From Octopus vulgaris (Eukaryota): DNA of 64,000 nucleotides. The DNA lies in the NCBI GenBank assembly GCA_951406725.2, contig OX597817.1:121582001-121646000 (forward strand), written 5' to 3'. Below, piece by piece: positions 1-12,464 of this stretch. The translations under genes were made by a program, and so were the position numbers. How positions within the stretch are numbered: position 1 is the stretch's first letter; each line of letters starts with the position of its first letter. Below the pieces are notes generated by a model that was not told the DNA's origin, did no database searches, and saw only the letters and a list, made by a program, of their open reading frames with translations.

Positions 1-46
1 AAGGTATTTTTCGATGTTGTTGTTGTTACTATTCTTCTTCTTCTTC

Positions 47-98
<52 letters not shown>

Positions 99-229
99 CC
101 AAGTCACTGCCTGCAATCAAACTCGGAATCTTGGGGTTAGTAGTCCGCGTTCTTAACCATATGGCGTAGTGGTTAAGAGCGCGTGTTACTAACCCAAAGA
201 TTCCGAGTTCGGTTCCAGACAGTGACCTG
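99..229. mobile_element. Head-to-head pair of short tRNA-like SINE units with outward-facing (TAA)n tails
   Basis: Plus unit 162-229 has A-box-like TGGCGTAGTGG and B-box-like GAGTTCGGTTCC, then (TAA)n 230-311. Its reverse complement lies at 99-159, preceded by (TTA)n 50-98. Confidence 0.75.
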
Positions 230-244
230 AATAATAATAATAAT

Positions 245-314
<70 letters not shown>

Positions 315-417
315 TAGAAACTTTTTTCATAACGGGTGTGAAAGACAGATAGTTAGACACACAACCACATATACACCTACACACACACACACATATTTAT
401 AGGCGTGTGTGTGTGTA

Positions 418-779
418 GTCGCAATGGCCCAGTGGTTAGGGCAGCGGACTCGCGGTCGTAGGATCGCGGTTTCGATTCCCAGACCGGACGTTGTGAGTGT
501 TTATTAAGCGAAAGCACCTAAAGCACCACGAGGCTAAAAGCATATATGTGTGTGTGTGTGTGTGTGTAGTCGCAATGGCCCAGTGGTTAGGGCAGCGGAC
601 TCGCGGTCGTAGGATCGCGGTTTCGATTCCCAGACCGGACGTTGTGAGTGTTTATTAAGCGAAAGCACCTAAAGCACCACGAGGCTAAAAGCACCACGAG
701 GCTAAAACAATGCGAAGCGCATTGTGACCAGCGATGTGTAGCAACATCTGATACCCTGGTCGGTCACGGTGATCACGGG
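418..779 (+). mobile_element. tRNA-derived SINE with tandem-duplicated 5' head (151 bp period)
   Basis: GCAATGGCCCAGTGGTTAGG (A box) and GGTTTCGATTCCC (B box) occur from 421 and again from 572, identical over about 120 bp. The same head lies on the minus strand at about 34400-34516. Confidence 0.8.
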
Positions 780-917
<138 letters not shown>

Positions 918-944
918 AACATACATACATGCATACATATGAAT

Positions 945-1143
945 ATGTTTGTGTGTCTGTGCGTGTCCCCACCATCTCTTGACCATCGATGTTGGTAGTT
1001 TTACGTCCCCGTAACTTAGCGGCTCGGCAAATACACCGATAGAATAAGCTCTGAGCGTACAAAGAATAAATCCTGGGGTCGATTTGTTCGACTAAAGGCG
1101 GTGCCCCAGCAAATAACTTAAACAAGTAAAAGAATAAAAGAAT
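945..1143 (+). mobile_element. SINE family A, 3' half
   Basis: CCCCGTAACTTAGCGG...GATAGAATAAG...CCTGGGGTCGATTTG...AAAGGCGGTGC is shared with the copies at 13111, 23561 and 46050. Confidence 0.85.
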
Positions 1144-1148
1144 ATACA

Positions 1149-1434
1149 GTTGATGAGAGAAGCGGAAAATTGATTTAGTACGAATTTTTATTCGACTCTA
1201 CGACCGTTTCGACCCATCCCGAAGCTGTCCCTTACGGGTAGGATACTGTGCGTCTAGTTGTGTTGCATCAATCAGTGTACCCACATACTTGGAAGAACTT
1301 AGAATATGTAGTATGAGGAGACACAGACTGCACTGATTGGTGCAACACAACTAGAGCGCAATATCCTACTCGTATGGTTGAGTCGAAGCAAGCGTCGCGT
1401 TGAATAAAATCCATTTTCCGTCTCCCTCATCAAT
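1149..1434. repeat. Imperfect fold-back (MITE-like or Penelope-terminus-derived) element
   Basis: Outer arms GTTGATGAGAGAAGCGGAAAAT / ATTTTCCGTCTCCCTCATCAAT. Inner arms at about 1233-1286 and 1329-1374 (CTAGTTGTGTTGCATCAATCAGTG / CACTGATTGGTGCAACACAACTAG). Confidence 0.8.
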
Positions 1435-1578
1435 TATAAACCAAACGAACACTGCAGAATTCCTGATGTTGATCTAGGGAAAATTATAACGTGACTGGGG
1501 ATAATATAAGGAAGCCCAAACAGTGAAAATGCGTTAATTGACATACTAACAGACATATACCCAAAGCCCAAATAACTA

Positions 1579-1632
<54 letters not shown>

Positions 1633-2029
1633 CCATTTGCGAAAATTACTTAGCAGGTTAGCCATACCGTCCTGCTTCTTTTAAAAGTATTTAAAACCAT
1701 GCTATATTTGGTGTTTGCTCTTCTTTTTTACGGCGAGATTTGAGTTTTAGCTGCTATTTTTGAAGAGTTGGCTGCTATTTTTAACTAGCCGAAGGACTAC
1801 AAGTAGACGCCAACTACGCATCGTCAGTGTTTAAATTTAGGAAATGAAATATAGATTTCTTGTTTGTTTCAGAATTATCTAATAGATATGATCTGTTGCA
1901 TAAAACATGAGTATGGACGAATAAAATGCATAATACATTCCCTTTAGTATGAATTCCAATAAAGCGTTTGATAAACATATCAACATATTGAATAATTTCT
2001 AAAAATTATCTCTGATTGTTCTCTAGTTA

Positions 2030-2345
2030 TTGATCCTTTGTAAGAATTACTTCTAATGTTAGAAGTTTACTTATTATTGCTAAATGTACCAATCTGCTCT
2101 GTTTTAATAGAATTACATACTGAAAGTAAAAGAAGAAAGGCCTTCTCTTCTGAAGTCCATCCTTTTCATAGTAAAGGTCAGATATTGCAGTTGTGTGATC
2201 AGTATCATGTTGCATTAATAGCTATTATGGTAGGTTTCTACATGGGAATCGTGTTCTGCGAAAGTAGATATGTCAGAGACTTTGATATAATATTGCATAT
2301 CTTAATAACATGCAGTTAATGTCAATAAACACCAAGATGCCAAGA
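2030..2345 (-). pseudogene. Highly decayed LINE reverse-transcriptase fragment (CR1/L2-like)
   Basis: Minus frames give FLGILVFIDIN, DMQYYIKVSDISTFAEHD and LMQHD, resembling LGPLLFLIYINDL...FADD...LQxDL. Confidence 0.35.
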
Positions 2346-2998
2346 AATGATAAACACATAATTCTTAATTATTCAGGAACACGGAAATGGAAAGGAAATA
2401 ATTTGCTGAAAAGATTCGACACAATTTGATAATTTATATAAATGAAGTAATTCATTGATTAAAATACAGTTATAGTGTATTCAAAATACCATCAGAATAA
2501 TACTGCCATTAACAATATATTTGCTATGTATAGCAGTTGTAAAGCTATTGTACCAGTAAAGCTATAATACCTCTATTGTATATTATATTATTATTGCGTT
2601 TTAACGAAACGTGATATGATTTGACCTCTTCATGATAAATTCCGTGAAGCTGATGGAACATGTATCACGTAGATTTAAGGTCACAAACACTTACCTGTTG
2701 TGATATTATTCTCGAGATTTCCGATTTATAAGCCGTGTTTATTGACGCTACTTTTATGTATTGTGGAACGGATATTACATAAGTTTCACATTTGCATCTT
2801 GTATTATCACAAGTATGAAAAGATCATGGGCAAAACAAATCATTACGGTTAAGAAGCAAATACAACTGAATAATTTTCAATTATTGGTTTCAACGTCGCT
2901 GACACTATATATAGTGGTTCCACACGATTATATAGAGTCCCGTACTTTGTGTAATACTAAAAGTCATCTCTGTTGAGATGAATGCGAACTTTTCAATC

Positions 2999-3057
<59 letters not shown>

Positions 3058-3079
3058 CGTATATCATATATATATACTC

Positions 3080-3470
3080 CTCAGAAGAGTATGACCATGG
3101 CTTACTAAACAAAGTGCCTCATACTATTTTGTGAGAACAACAATGGATCTTGCATACTGCCAGAGAGTTACAGAACTCATTGCAGGTTCAGCATCTATGG
3201 AAGGTGGTATCATCACTCATGTCGATACCCAGATCACGCACTGATTTAGGTTCTGGGATTGTCCTCCTCTGTGGGACAGTGTACCCTGTAAGTTGTACGT
3301 TTACTTTTGGGCGCTGGTAGTGTAGGGCTTGTAATTTTCCAGCTTTAAACTGCATATTATTGTCCTCAGCCCATGTGTAAAGTCCAACTCCTGCTGCATT
3401 TTGTATTTTCTACGAGATATTCGTATCGCCAGCGTAGCTAGCAAGGGTGGCTGAATGCGTATGTGAGAGG
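3080..3470 (-). pseudogene. CR1-like LINE reverse-transcriptase fragment
   Basis: Minus translation ATLASYAGDTNIS (YADDT motif), YTWAEDNNMQFKAGKLQALHY and VRDLGIDMSDD, with stops and frameshifts. Confidence 0.75.
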
Positions 3471-5470
3471 ACCACTATATATAAGAGCATACACATATAC
3501 GTATGTATTAATATACGTATTAGGAAGTAACGAGTTACGTATATATTTATTTAAATGCAATAATATTGGAAGCTATAGTAAAGTACACAGCTTCAGAAAT
3601 TTATTTTACTAATGAAATTTGAAGCTAATATGAGACAAAATCGTTTTAAAAAGTATGAATATCAAATATCTTTCACAAATAATCTAGAATGAAATAAATT
3701 CTTCCTTTTTTATTATCACAAATGATATGGTAGAAAATGTGACGTGTAATAAATACAAGAGTTTGAATATCTTTCTTAAAAAAAAATATGTATTTCTATA
3801 AAAGTTCAGTAGTTTCCTGCATCATCTAGATCATTCTTGAATGTTCTTATTGCTTGATTATGATTTATTATTAAATTAGATATTTTGTTTGAGAACATTT
3901 CAAATGGTTTCATAATGAACGTCCCTACCATGGACTTTATATTTTACAAAGGAGAAATAAATAAGATGTGTTAAGAGAGGGAAGGACACGGGAATTTCTG
4001 CCTCTCAGAATCAGGTAAGAATATTTAAGCTTGTTCTAAAAATAACAATTCCAAATGAATATGACTAGTGCCATTTATTTTGATTTTAGTCAGAAACGTA
4101 TGCCCTTTCTTTCTTGAAAATCCCGTTAGTATAATTTAGATATACTAACTTTAAATATTCAAATTAAAGATATGTATTAATATAGCCAGAACCAAAGACA
4201 GCGTTTCACTTCATAAATTGAACGAAAGTTTTATGTAACTGTTTTATATAACTGACATGGAAACCATATAGACGCGTGTAGGAATGAAATAAACTATTCT
4301 GACACTTGCTCGAGAGAACAGCTGAAATTAAAGTTTATATAGAAATAATAGACGCTCAGTAAGTGACAGAGTTAATATACATAAACCTTTTCGATAAAGG
4401 GCCAAAGCGTTATACCTATATGTATGCTTGTATGGCTATTAACACGTATAATTATACTTACTTTCACAAATAAGTCCGAGATGCTAACTTCGAAATAAAA
4501 GTTTGGTATTTTACATGCAGAACATTTAACCCATCGAATTAAACAGTTGGAATTTTCAAGAAAGAAAATCAAAGGAGCAGATATCTACGTATTAAAATAT
4601 TTACCATCAAATATGTAGGGCATCTAACTTTCATAATGTTACATGGTTGATGATCTATCGGTCTTTGGCTACAAAACAGAGTGGGTTATTATATATGAGC
4701 AAGCATCCATATATATTTTTGGTAGATTAGTATGTAGCTATGTTGAACCGTCTATGAATAAGCTTTGTCATTAGTAGTCTTCCGTTACTGCCTTCGTCAG
4801 GCTAACAGGAAGAAGGTAATCGATCCTAATTAATTATTTAGTTACAATGAAAGCAATCGGCTCAGTTCTCATTTTAAGCTACTTAAAACGTTCTAATTTA
4901 TTAGTGAGAACTATATTCGTATGGTTTGCATGTGTGTGCATGCAATTTCATGTGAGTTTCAATGTCCTTATCTTATGTTGTTTGCATATGTTATATAGTT
5001 CAATCCAACTCGAGCTTGCAGCCAACAAATTCTTAGACATAGCGAAAATGAAACAGGTGGTATCCACGCCAGCTGCCAGAGAATTGCGAAGGTACAGCCT
5101 ATGCTGCAACTACTTTATTAGTCATTAGGAAGAGAACTACTGTAGTGGTGATATTTCATATCATCATGGTATATGCGTGATACACCATCCACCATAAACA
5201 CCGCTTTTGGAAAGTCCATTGTTTGGGTGAGGTTCCGAAAGATTCCTGGGCATGAAATTGTTTGCAGTGAATGAAGCATACACAAAGCTGCAATCACCTT
5301 TTGATATATTACAGTATTTCTCTTGCTGGTTTAACATTGTATAGGATGACCAGAAACTTAAACTCGCCAGGCTTTACACTAGATAATTTTCTCAATAGTT
5401 GTTTTGAATAGAAAAGGGGTTCATCACTATCATCATGGTCTTAGAGCGCATTTTCTCGCCATTGCAAACG

Positions 5471-6349
5471 TATGGTGCTTTCCAGAAGTTTTGAAACTTT
5501 TTTTTCAGGAGAGACTTTTATTAATTTCAAAGAGAAAGGAACTCTAATCTCCTTTAAAAAATGATCCTCTGACTTCAATGCGCTTGATGCAGCGCTCTTA
5601 CCATTTTATGAAGGCTTCATAGAAGTCTCCCAAAGAGAAGGTTTTGAGAACCCTTCTCACAATCGCCTTCACCTTCTTCAACTTGAGATACTAAAAGTCA
5701 CAGGAAGCAAGGTTTGGACTGCAGGGAAGGCGAGGGACAGTTTTAATGTTCATCGCTGTCAAGTATTTGGTTACCAGGAGGAAATTATGGATTAGTGCAA
5801 CGTCCTGGTGCCGGTACCACTGGCCCAAGTGAATGAGCTGTGGTCTCTTGTGATGAAATCCTTATCAAAAGCTCCACAATGCAATATTTGCTGATAGTCT
5901 CACCAGAGGGAATCCAGTGGATGTAGATAATGCCCTTGATATTGAAAAAGTGGATCAACATGAGCTTTGCAGTGGATTGCCTTGTTTGGCCACTATTACT
6001 AGCGAAAACAAATGTTCAGCTTATACAAGTTAATCCATAAACAATTTGGGGCATTTTATAGGTTTCTCTGGCGTTGTGTTCCGTTTAACACAAAAATTAA
6101 CTGTATACCTAAGTATCCAAATTGTCTTCATATCCTGACTGCATTCTGCAAGATAGTCAGCTGTGACAAGCAGTATTTAGAAGGCTGTGTTCAAAGTTCT
6201 GTAATAGCCGTCTCCTTCAATGTGGGATAATAGACGTTGTCAGGTCAGTTTATTGGATGTATAGTAATGATATACTGACATTACAATAATCTAGGACAGA
6301 TAACTGCTTGTTCTAAAGAAGTCTCAAAACTTCTGGGATGCACTTCGTA
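5471..6349 (-). mobile_element. Internally deleted, decayed mariner (DD34D-type) transposon
   Basis: TIRs GTGCTTTCCAGAAGTTTTGAAACTT / AAGTCTCAAAACTTCTGGGATGCAC with flanking TA. Minus translation GQWYRHQDVAL (HHDNAP-like), PRLPCSPNLASCDF (YSPDLAPxDF) and FIKW*ERCIKRIEVRGSFFKGD* (mariner C-terminus). Confidence 0.85.
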
Positions 6350-8071
6350 TTTCTAAGTCCCATTCATTATTTCTAGATAACCATTGATCCTATTCTGAGT
6401 TCATCCGCTGTTTGACAGGTTAATGCTTTTATGCTGCTAGGTTTTCTAGCAACCTTCCTAACCATCAGAACCGGGTTGTTACGCTGGCTAAGTCACGCAT
6501 GACATTTCCATACCTCAGCTTCTTCCGGATTACGTATTATCAGTTGCACAAAGCACAACATACACACATGCACGCATAGAAACACACAAACACACACAAA
6601 CACACGTTAGATGTTTATATTAGTTTGTCTACCTATCTATATTAGAATTCTTTATTACAAAATTAAATTTAGAAACCTGTAAGGTTTATACATGTCATCT
6701 ACGCTACAATGGAATTTCCATGTAAATCTAGTGTTCAGAATAACACAGACGTATATCGTGCGTTGCATGAAAACGGAACGCCCTAGATATACAATAACTG
6801 GTAATTCGGTAAATATACTTCCGCACTTATATGAGGCATTTTGGCAATTATTAAATAGTTCTCTTTTACTAACTTGCAAAAACTATCGATTTTATATGCA
6901 TGCTGTGTTAATGAAAATCTTTCTTGTAACTTTAATTATTTAAATTGAATCAGTTACATTGATTTAAAGTTTTGATAACCATTTAAAACACCCATTCTTA
7001 GCTTTAGATTCGCGTTTGATTTCTATTGTAATATATTTAGTTGTACGTCTGGGGACACCTAACCACTGACGCTAGATTATAAAGATATGTGTCTTTTTTA
7101 AAAGGCTATCATGACACTACGAGAATGCAATTGCTTTAGCTTCAACACATTCACATTCAACGTATGAACTCAGATCAGTAAGTTGTCAAAAAAAGAAAAA
7201 AAAAATTCAATTCCGAAATTAAAGGGTGTAGTTTTATATGTGATTGTTTGATTTTATTTAAAACAATTTTTTTTATTTATTCTTCAACCATTCTTAGGAT
7301 ACAACTACGTAGTAGGTGTGACATTAATGTTATATAGGAAAGAGAGAGCGATGTTAAAGTTTCTCAAAACGAACGTGTGTGAGGCAGTTTGCATCTGATT
7401 AAGATTGATAGGAGTCACTGCGTTGGAAATCCAATACTATTTCACACACATAAATACACATACTTATACACAGGTACGCGTTTACGCACAAACATACACT
7501 CAACATATGCTGCATTGCATTTCATCCCTTAGGGCATTAAAGAAAAACTGGCATTAAATCCCTGACGTCGAGTTAACCACCTGTATTTCCTCTCTTCGTA
7601 TTCAGTAATTTTAGTTTTCCGCTTGAATACTACCAAGATCGTTAGTAAGCTAGAATTTCCGTTTAATTAATTCCACGTAAATAAGCAGGTTTGTAGCGAC
7701 GGCAAAATTTAAGAGATAATAACTACATTGCAAAGGAAATTTCTGCGTGGATATATATGTATGTACATATCGTTTTAGACAGCAAATATTCAACGGCGGT
7801 TTGTACGTAGCTGTGTGTGCATTTATGTATACATACATACATGCATGCATACATACATGCATAAATAAATTCACGTGCACACGCTCACACATAAACACAA
7901 GCACACAACATACAAATGTATATATACAAGTATATATGCTCTAGCATACATACATATATACATACATACATACATACACACACACACATATATATTATAT
8001 ATATGAATGCATGCATATATACATATATGCAGGCATGTTTACACACACACACCAACTCATACACACATATG

Positions 8072-8147
<76 letters not shown>

Positions 8148-9469
8148 CGTATATTAAGTATGAAGGAGACAATGGCTTGACAAAATATATTTCCCGGTTA
8201 CTAGTAAATATATTTATGAGATATCTCCTGAAATTTGCTTGAAGATAAAATAAAAATATTGAATATCATAATTAAGAAAACAACCTTTCAAGTAAAGGTT
8301 TCATCAGGGAAGTAGAAGGCTGAAATCTCAAATAAACATTCACTTGCACAAGTAGTCTAAAATTGTAGTTCTACCTGATGAAATCTACATCTAAATAAAG
8401 TAGACAGCCATCTTTGTATTCAGGCCCCAGCATCTTTAATAACTTTGATAAAGGAAAGATACTCTGGCTAATGTAGTTCTGGTTATTGATGCAACGTACA
8501 AGTGTTGCCTCTCATCTGGGATCAGCCCAGTGCGCGGTACCTTGGGCAGATGTCATGTAGTGCAGATTTTTTATTTAAAATGAGATCGCATACCGATTAA
8601 CCAATGATTAAAATTCCATCTAAATCCATATATTTCCAAATTCGAATTAAGTACTGCAATTTCTTTTCTTATTATATACACTTGAATATTTTTATAGAAT
8701 GTATATCTAGAAGCAGAGTAAAACAGAAAATGTAGTTTATCTTTCTTCTATAACATTTTAAAGTACATAATCTTTTCATGTGTCATTTCTCGCTAGGGTT
8801 GGCTACAGACTGGTAGTGAAGCAATGAATAAATGGACAGAGTTTCCTTTCGTTGTTTGAGCAGTGGTTGTGAGCAATATTAGATGAGAATGCAAAAAGCC
8901 CTGTACGAACTTCACTCTTTCTGAACATTTTCCCATACCAACTCCGTCATTATTACCCCTTCATACTGTTACACCCATAAGTCATTTGCGAATGAGGAGA
9001 CGAACTTATATGTAACCATTTAATATATAAGGGAAGGCCTGCACTGCGACACTTTATCTTTTCAAGATTTCAGAGACTGTTAGCAGGAAAGGTGGCCTTT
9101 ACACTGAAACTTATGATTTGACCCCAAACATTGCAATTAAAGATATATTCTGTCAAATAACTTAGAGACCAGGCGGTGTTGTCGAACCTAACGACAGGTT
9201 CACACCTGTCACAATAAATTATGCAAAACAGGCTGATATGAACGCAGTCGGAACAAATGGTACAACGTATTTTGACATACGCTCTAACGACTCTACCAAT
9301 TTCCGTATCTTAATTTGCCCACACAGAGCAACACACACTTATAAACATACACATACCTGATAGATTTGCTCGGTGAAAGTTGAGTTAGTGCTAAACGACA
9401 AATATTGGTTTTCAAAATATACCTCCGAGGATTTATCCTTAATTTACGCCGATCAATTAAATTGCGCAA

Positions 9470-9610
9470 TATATTTAAACTCTGCCAAGGTCGACATTGC
9501 CTTTCATCCTTCCAGAATCGATAAAATAAGTATCAATCAACTGTTGATGTCAATATAACTGACTGATACCATCCCATTAAATTCTGGCTTTGTGCCTATA
9601 TTACTAAATT
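9470..9610 (+). mobile_element. SINE family B fragment (Nin/Deu-like core)
   Basis: GCCAAGGTCGACATTGCCTTTCATCCTTCCAGAATCGATAAAATAAGTA core, repeated many times in the window. Confidence 0.7.
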
Positions 9611-10944
9611 TTAGTGTAGTTATTATGTTTTCTACGGTTTCGTATATGTTTCAGCTACACCATCATCTCACCAATGGCGTATGCCAAGCATTGGTTTGGG
9701 GAGAAGTGGGGTCGGTAGTGATAGTGTATTGTTTGTTTAGTGTATCAGTTTTGCTTTGTTTAGGGGCATATTCTGTTGATTTGTGTTTTATTTTAATATT
9801 TCTTCTGTTACATCTCTGAAATCTCGTTACATTATCAACAAATGCAACGGTAAAATTATACAGCTTTTCACACGTAATATAAAAAAAAGTGCACAGGAAT
9901 AAAATTCTACATATAAAGTCTAGTAAGAGAAAAATACTTGATACGGGATATCTTATGAATACGGTGTTCTGCTCCAGAAATTCATTCAATTGTCGACATA
10001 ACTCTGTTGTACGAAGAATGGAGCTGTTTTGTATGCCTTCTAATAACGAACTGGAAGAAGCTTTGGTCGACATGCAGGATAGTTGTCACTCAAATGAGGC
10101 GAGATATATTGTAATGTCGGCCTGCTCTTCGACACTGTGACCGAGGCAAAAGAGCAAATAGAGATAGCGGAAAGCTATATTGCTTGTAGGCATAGACTGT
10201 TGTATATAGGTTACACTAAGAGTTATTAACGATGGCAATGAATACGGTCTATCTCGTTGTCACCTTTGTAGGAGTAGTTTGAGGTCAAGGAACAATGATA
10301 ACAAGATCATTGCTACATCATGGGCGCACAAACGGGGACAATAGGATTGGTGATATAGAGCAAAAAAGGTAGCACGGCATATTTGTTACAACAAAAGTTA
10401 GTTCAGTGTCGTCTGTCATGTGTTACTGGAAAAGCAAAAAAAGCGAGATCGACTAAAAATAAGAACAGAGGTTGCTGCTTCGGTGACTCAATCACTCAAC
10501 GTATCAGAAATTATGGCGAGAATCGCCTCGGCCTCTGTTCCAGAAATGGACCGTGCCGAAGTTCTTCCTTGTACTTAAATGGTACTTGTTTTATATTTGT
10601 ATAAGTCGTAAGTTTGTTGTGATTGCCTGCAGCACTCTTCCAAAATGAGTTGTCTTTTGTTTATGCTGAAGATTTTTATTACCGCTGTCTTTGGAACAAT
10701 ATTATAGAGAAAAAGACAATCACTTGCCGTATTTCGTTGCGGCCCCTTAATATTTAGTTCAAATTTAGTAGGTTTTTGTTCCTCTAAGGTATATCAAACT
10801 CTATTAGTCAAACACTGGGACAAATTCAATCCATTCAGTAATATAACGGTAGAGGGTATGAATGGTGGAAAGAATTATTTGTATTTAAAGCATAGATAAA
10901 AATGGCAGATACTCTACTGTGCTGGGGAAACCTACACATATTCG

Positions 10945-11105
10945 ATATCTCATTCCGCAACGTTTCGTGTTCAAACCCCAATAGGATTGGCCTTGTTTTT
11001 CACTTCCTGCGGTCGAATATACGGACACCAGTTATTTACTGGTAACGATTCGGTCGACTGCACCAGTTTATAGCTAAATTTATATCCTTGAGTCAATGTA
11101 AGAAA
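10945..11105 (+). mobile_element. SINE family B, diverged copy
   Basis: GTGTTCAAACCC B box, a degenerate core and the tail GTCAATGTAAGAAAACC. Confidence 0.5.
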
Positions 11106-11639
11106 ACCTATTTATTATTATAAATAGTGTTATTAGAAGTTAATATTTTTATTATTGCAATTGATGCGGCATGGCTCGTTATTGCAATGCCTTCACTCAA
11201 AATAATTTGTGTGTTTGTACAGTTTAGAAACGAATTGTCCTCTTAAGAGATATTTATTCGCTATTTCAGAGTTCTTTTTGTCATTAATGGCCCATTAAGT
11301 GGATGAAGCACTCTGTTATGTAATTCAGAAAATACTAATTTGGCTTTCTGAAAGCCATTTGTAATGATTATTCCAGGGAATACCATTCTTTGTATTATGA
11401 TAATGGAATTTGTATTTCGTCAATACACATCGCGTTTTTTAAAACCTGTAACCTATACCGATTTATATTCACAGTGCCAGGAGTAATCCATACGCAATTG
11501 GTACAAAAAAAGCTATATATTCCATTGAAAATTCCACCATAAATATGATAGATTTACGGATACTTTTTCAATAAAATCAGTTATATATATATATACATAT
11601 ATATATGTGTGTGTGTGTGTTCATGTCTGCATATATATA

Positions 11640-11820
11640 CATATAGTTGAAATTGATAGGAAAACGAAAGGCGAAGACAGGTCTACGAACAAGCAGATGT
11701 AATAGGTTGTCGCTCGGGTAAATGAAAAAGGCTTTTACGTTTCGAGTCTACGATCTTCAGCAGAAAGGAAAAAGAGAAAATACACAGAGAGAGAATGAAA
11801 AAAAGACTTGTAGATTTAGC
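11640..11820 (-). mobile_element. Short Penelope-like terminal fragment with hammerhead-like motif
   Basis: Homologous to the plus-strand copy at 23990-24157 (CCCGAGCG..AAC.TA.TACA.CTGCTTGTT). Contains CTTT-CTGCTGA-AGATCGTAGACTC-GAAA-CG-TA-AAAG on minus and abuts a TA tract. Confidence 0.55.
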
Positions 11821-11839
11821 GGCCAAGCATGGCGAATAA

Positions 11840-11991
11840 TTCTTTTCTACTCTAGGCAAAATGCCCGAAATTTTTGAGGAGGGAGCCGAAAGGATAAAAG
11901 ACAAAGTTAACCTCGGCGGAATTTGAACTCAGTACGTAAAGACCCGTAAGCATTTCGCCCGACGTGCTAACGTTTCTGCCATCTCGCCGCC
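11840..11991 (-). mobile_element. SINE family B (tRNA head, core partly deleted)
   Basis: Minus head GGCGGCGAGATGGCAGAAACGTTAGCAC...GAGTTCAAATTCCGCCGAGGTTAACTTTG. Confidence 0.8.
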
Positions 11992-12464
11992 TTGCATGGC
12001 GAATAATTAGGATTATAATGGCCCTCAACAATATTATGTGTCTTTGTTATTGTGTGTGGTGTATGCGTGCCTCTATATATGGGTGTGTGCACGTTTGTGT
12101 GCGTGTGTATGCTGACTCCAACAACAGGTTACGCTTTTTCAATCATTCTAATTTTATAGTAAAATAGACGCTGGGAGGGTTTGTACCGATAAAAAAATTA
12201 AACAAGAAAATAAACAAGAAAATATTAGACATTGCCCAAATTACTCAATCAGCAGTTTAGGATCGTGTGATTTCATAGAATTTTAATTTTTCCTTTTAGC
12301 AAATATTTTATCAACCCCAGAGTGATGAAACGTAATGATGATCCCAACAGACTCTGAAATCCGTACCAAGAAGGAAATAACAAGATACAGCGAGGCATCA
12401 TTCTGACAGTAACGTTTCCAGCACACTCAGAGAGATTTGGTTTCTGTCTCTAAATATTGATTTC

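Noticed and set aside
162-229. Functional tRNA gene
   Set aside because: A and B boxes are present, but there is no convincing acceptor stem, the unit ends in a TAA tail and it has an inverted twin; treated as SINE-like. The same applies to the heads at 421, 572 and 34516.
3951-4020. Possible exon ending in CAG|GTAAGA
   Set aside because: Good donor site but weak acceptor, no recognisable peptide and no partner exons; expected by chance.
5220-5295. IPGH...NEA resemblance to a LINE RNase H motif
   Set aside because: Too short and needs a frameshift; no supporting neighbouring motifs.
9663-10140. 136-aa and 83-aa non-repetitive ORFs
   Set aside because: No recognisable domain or splice context; lengths are compatible with chance or TE debris.
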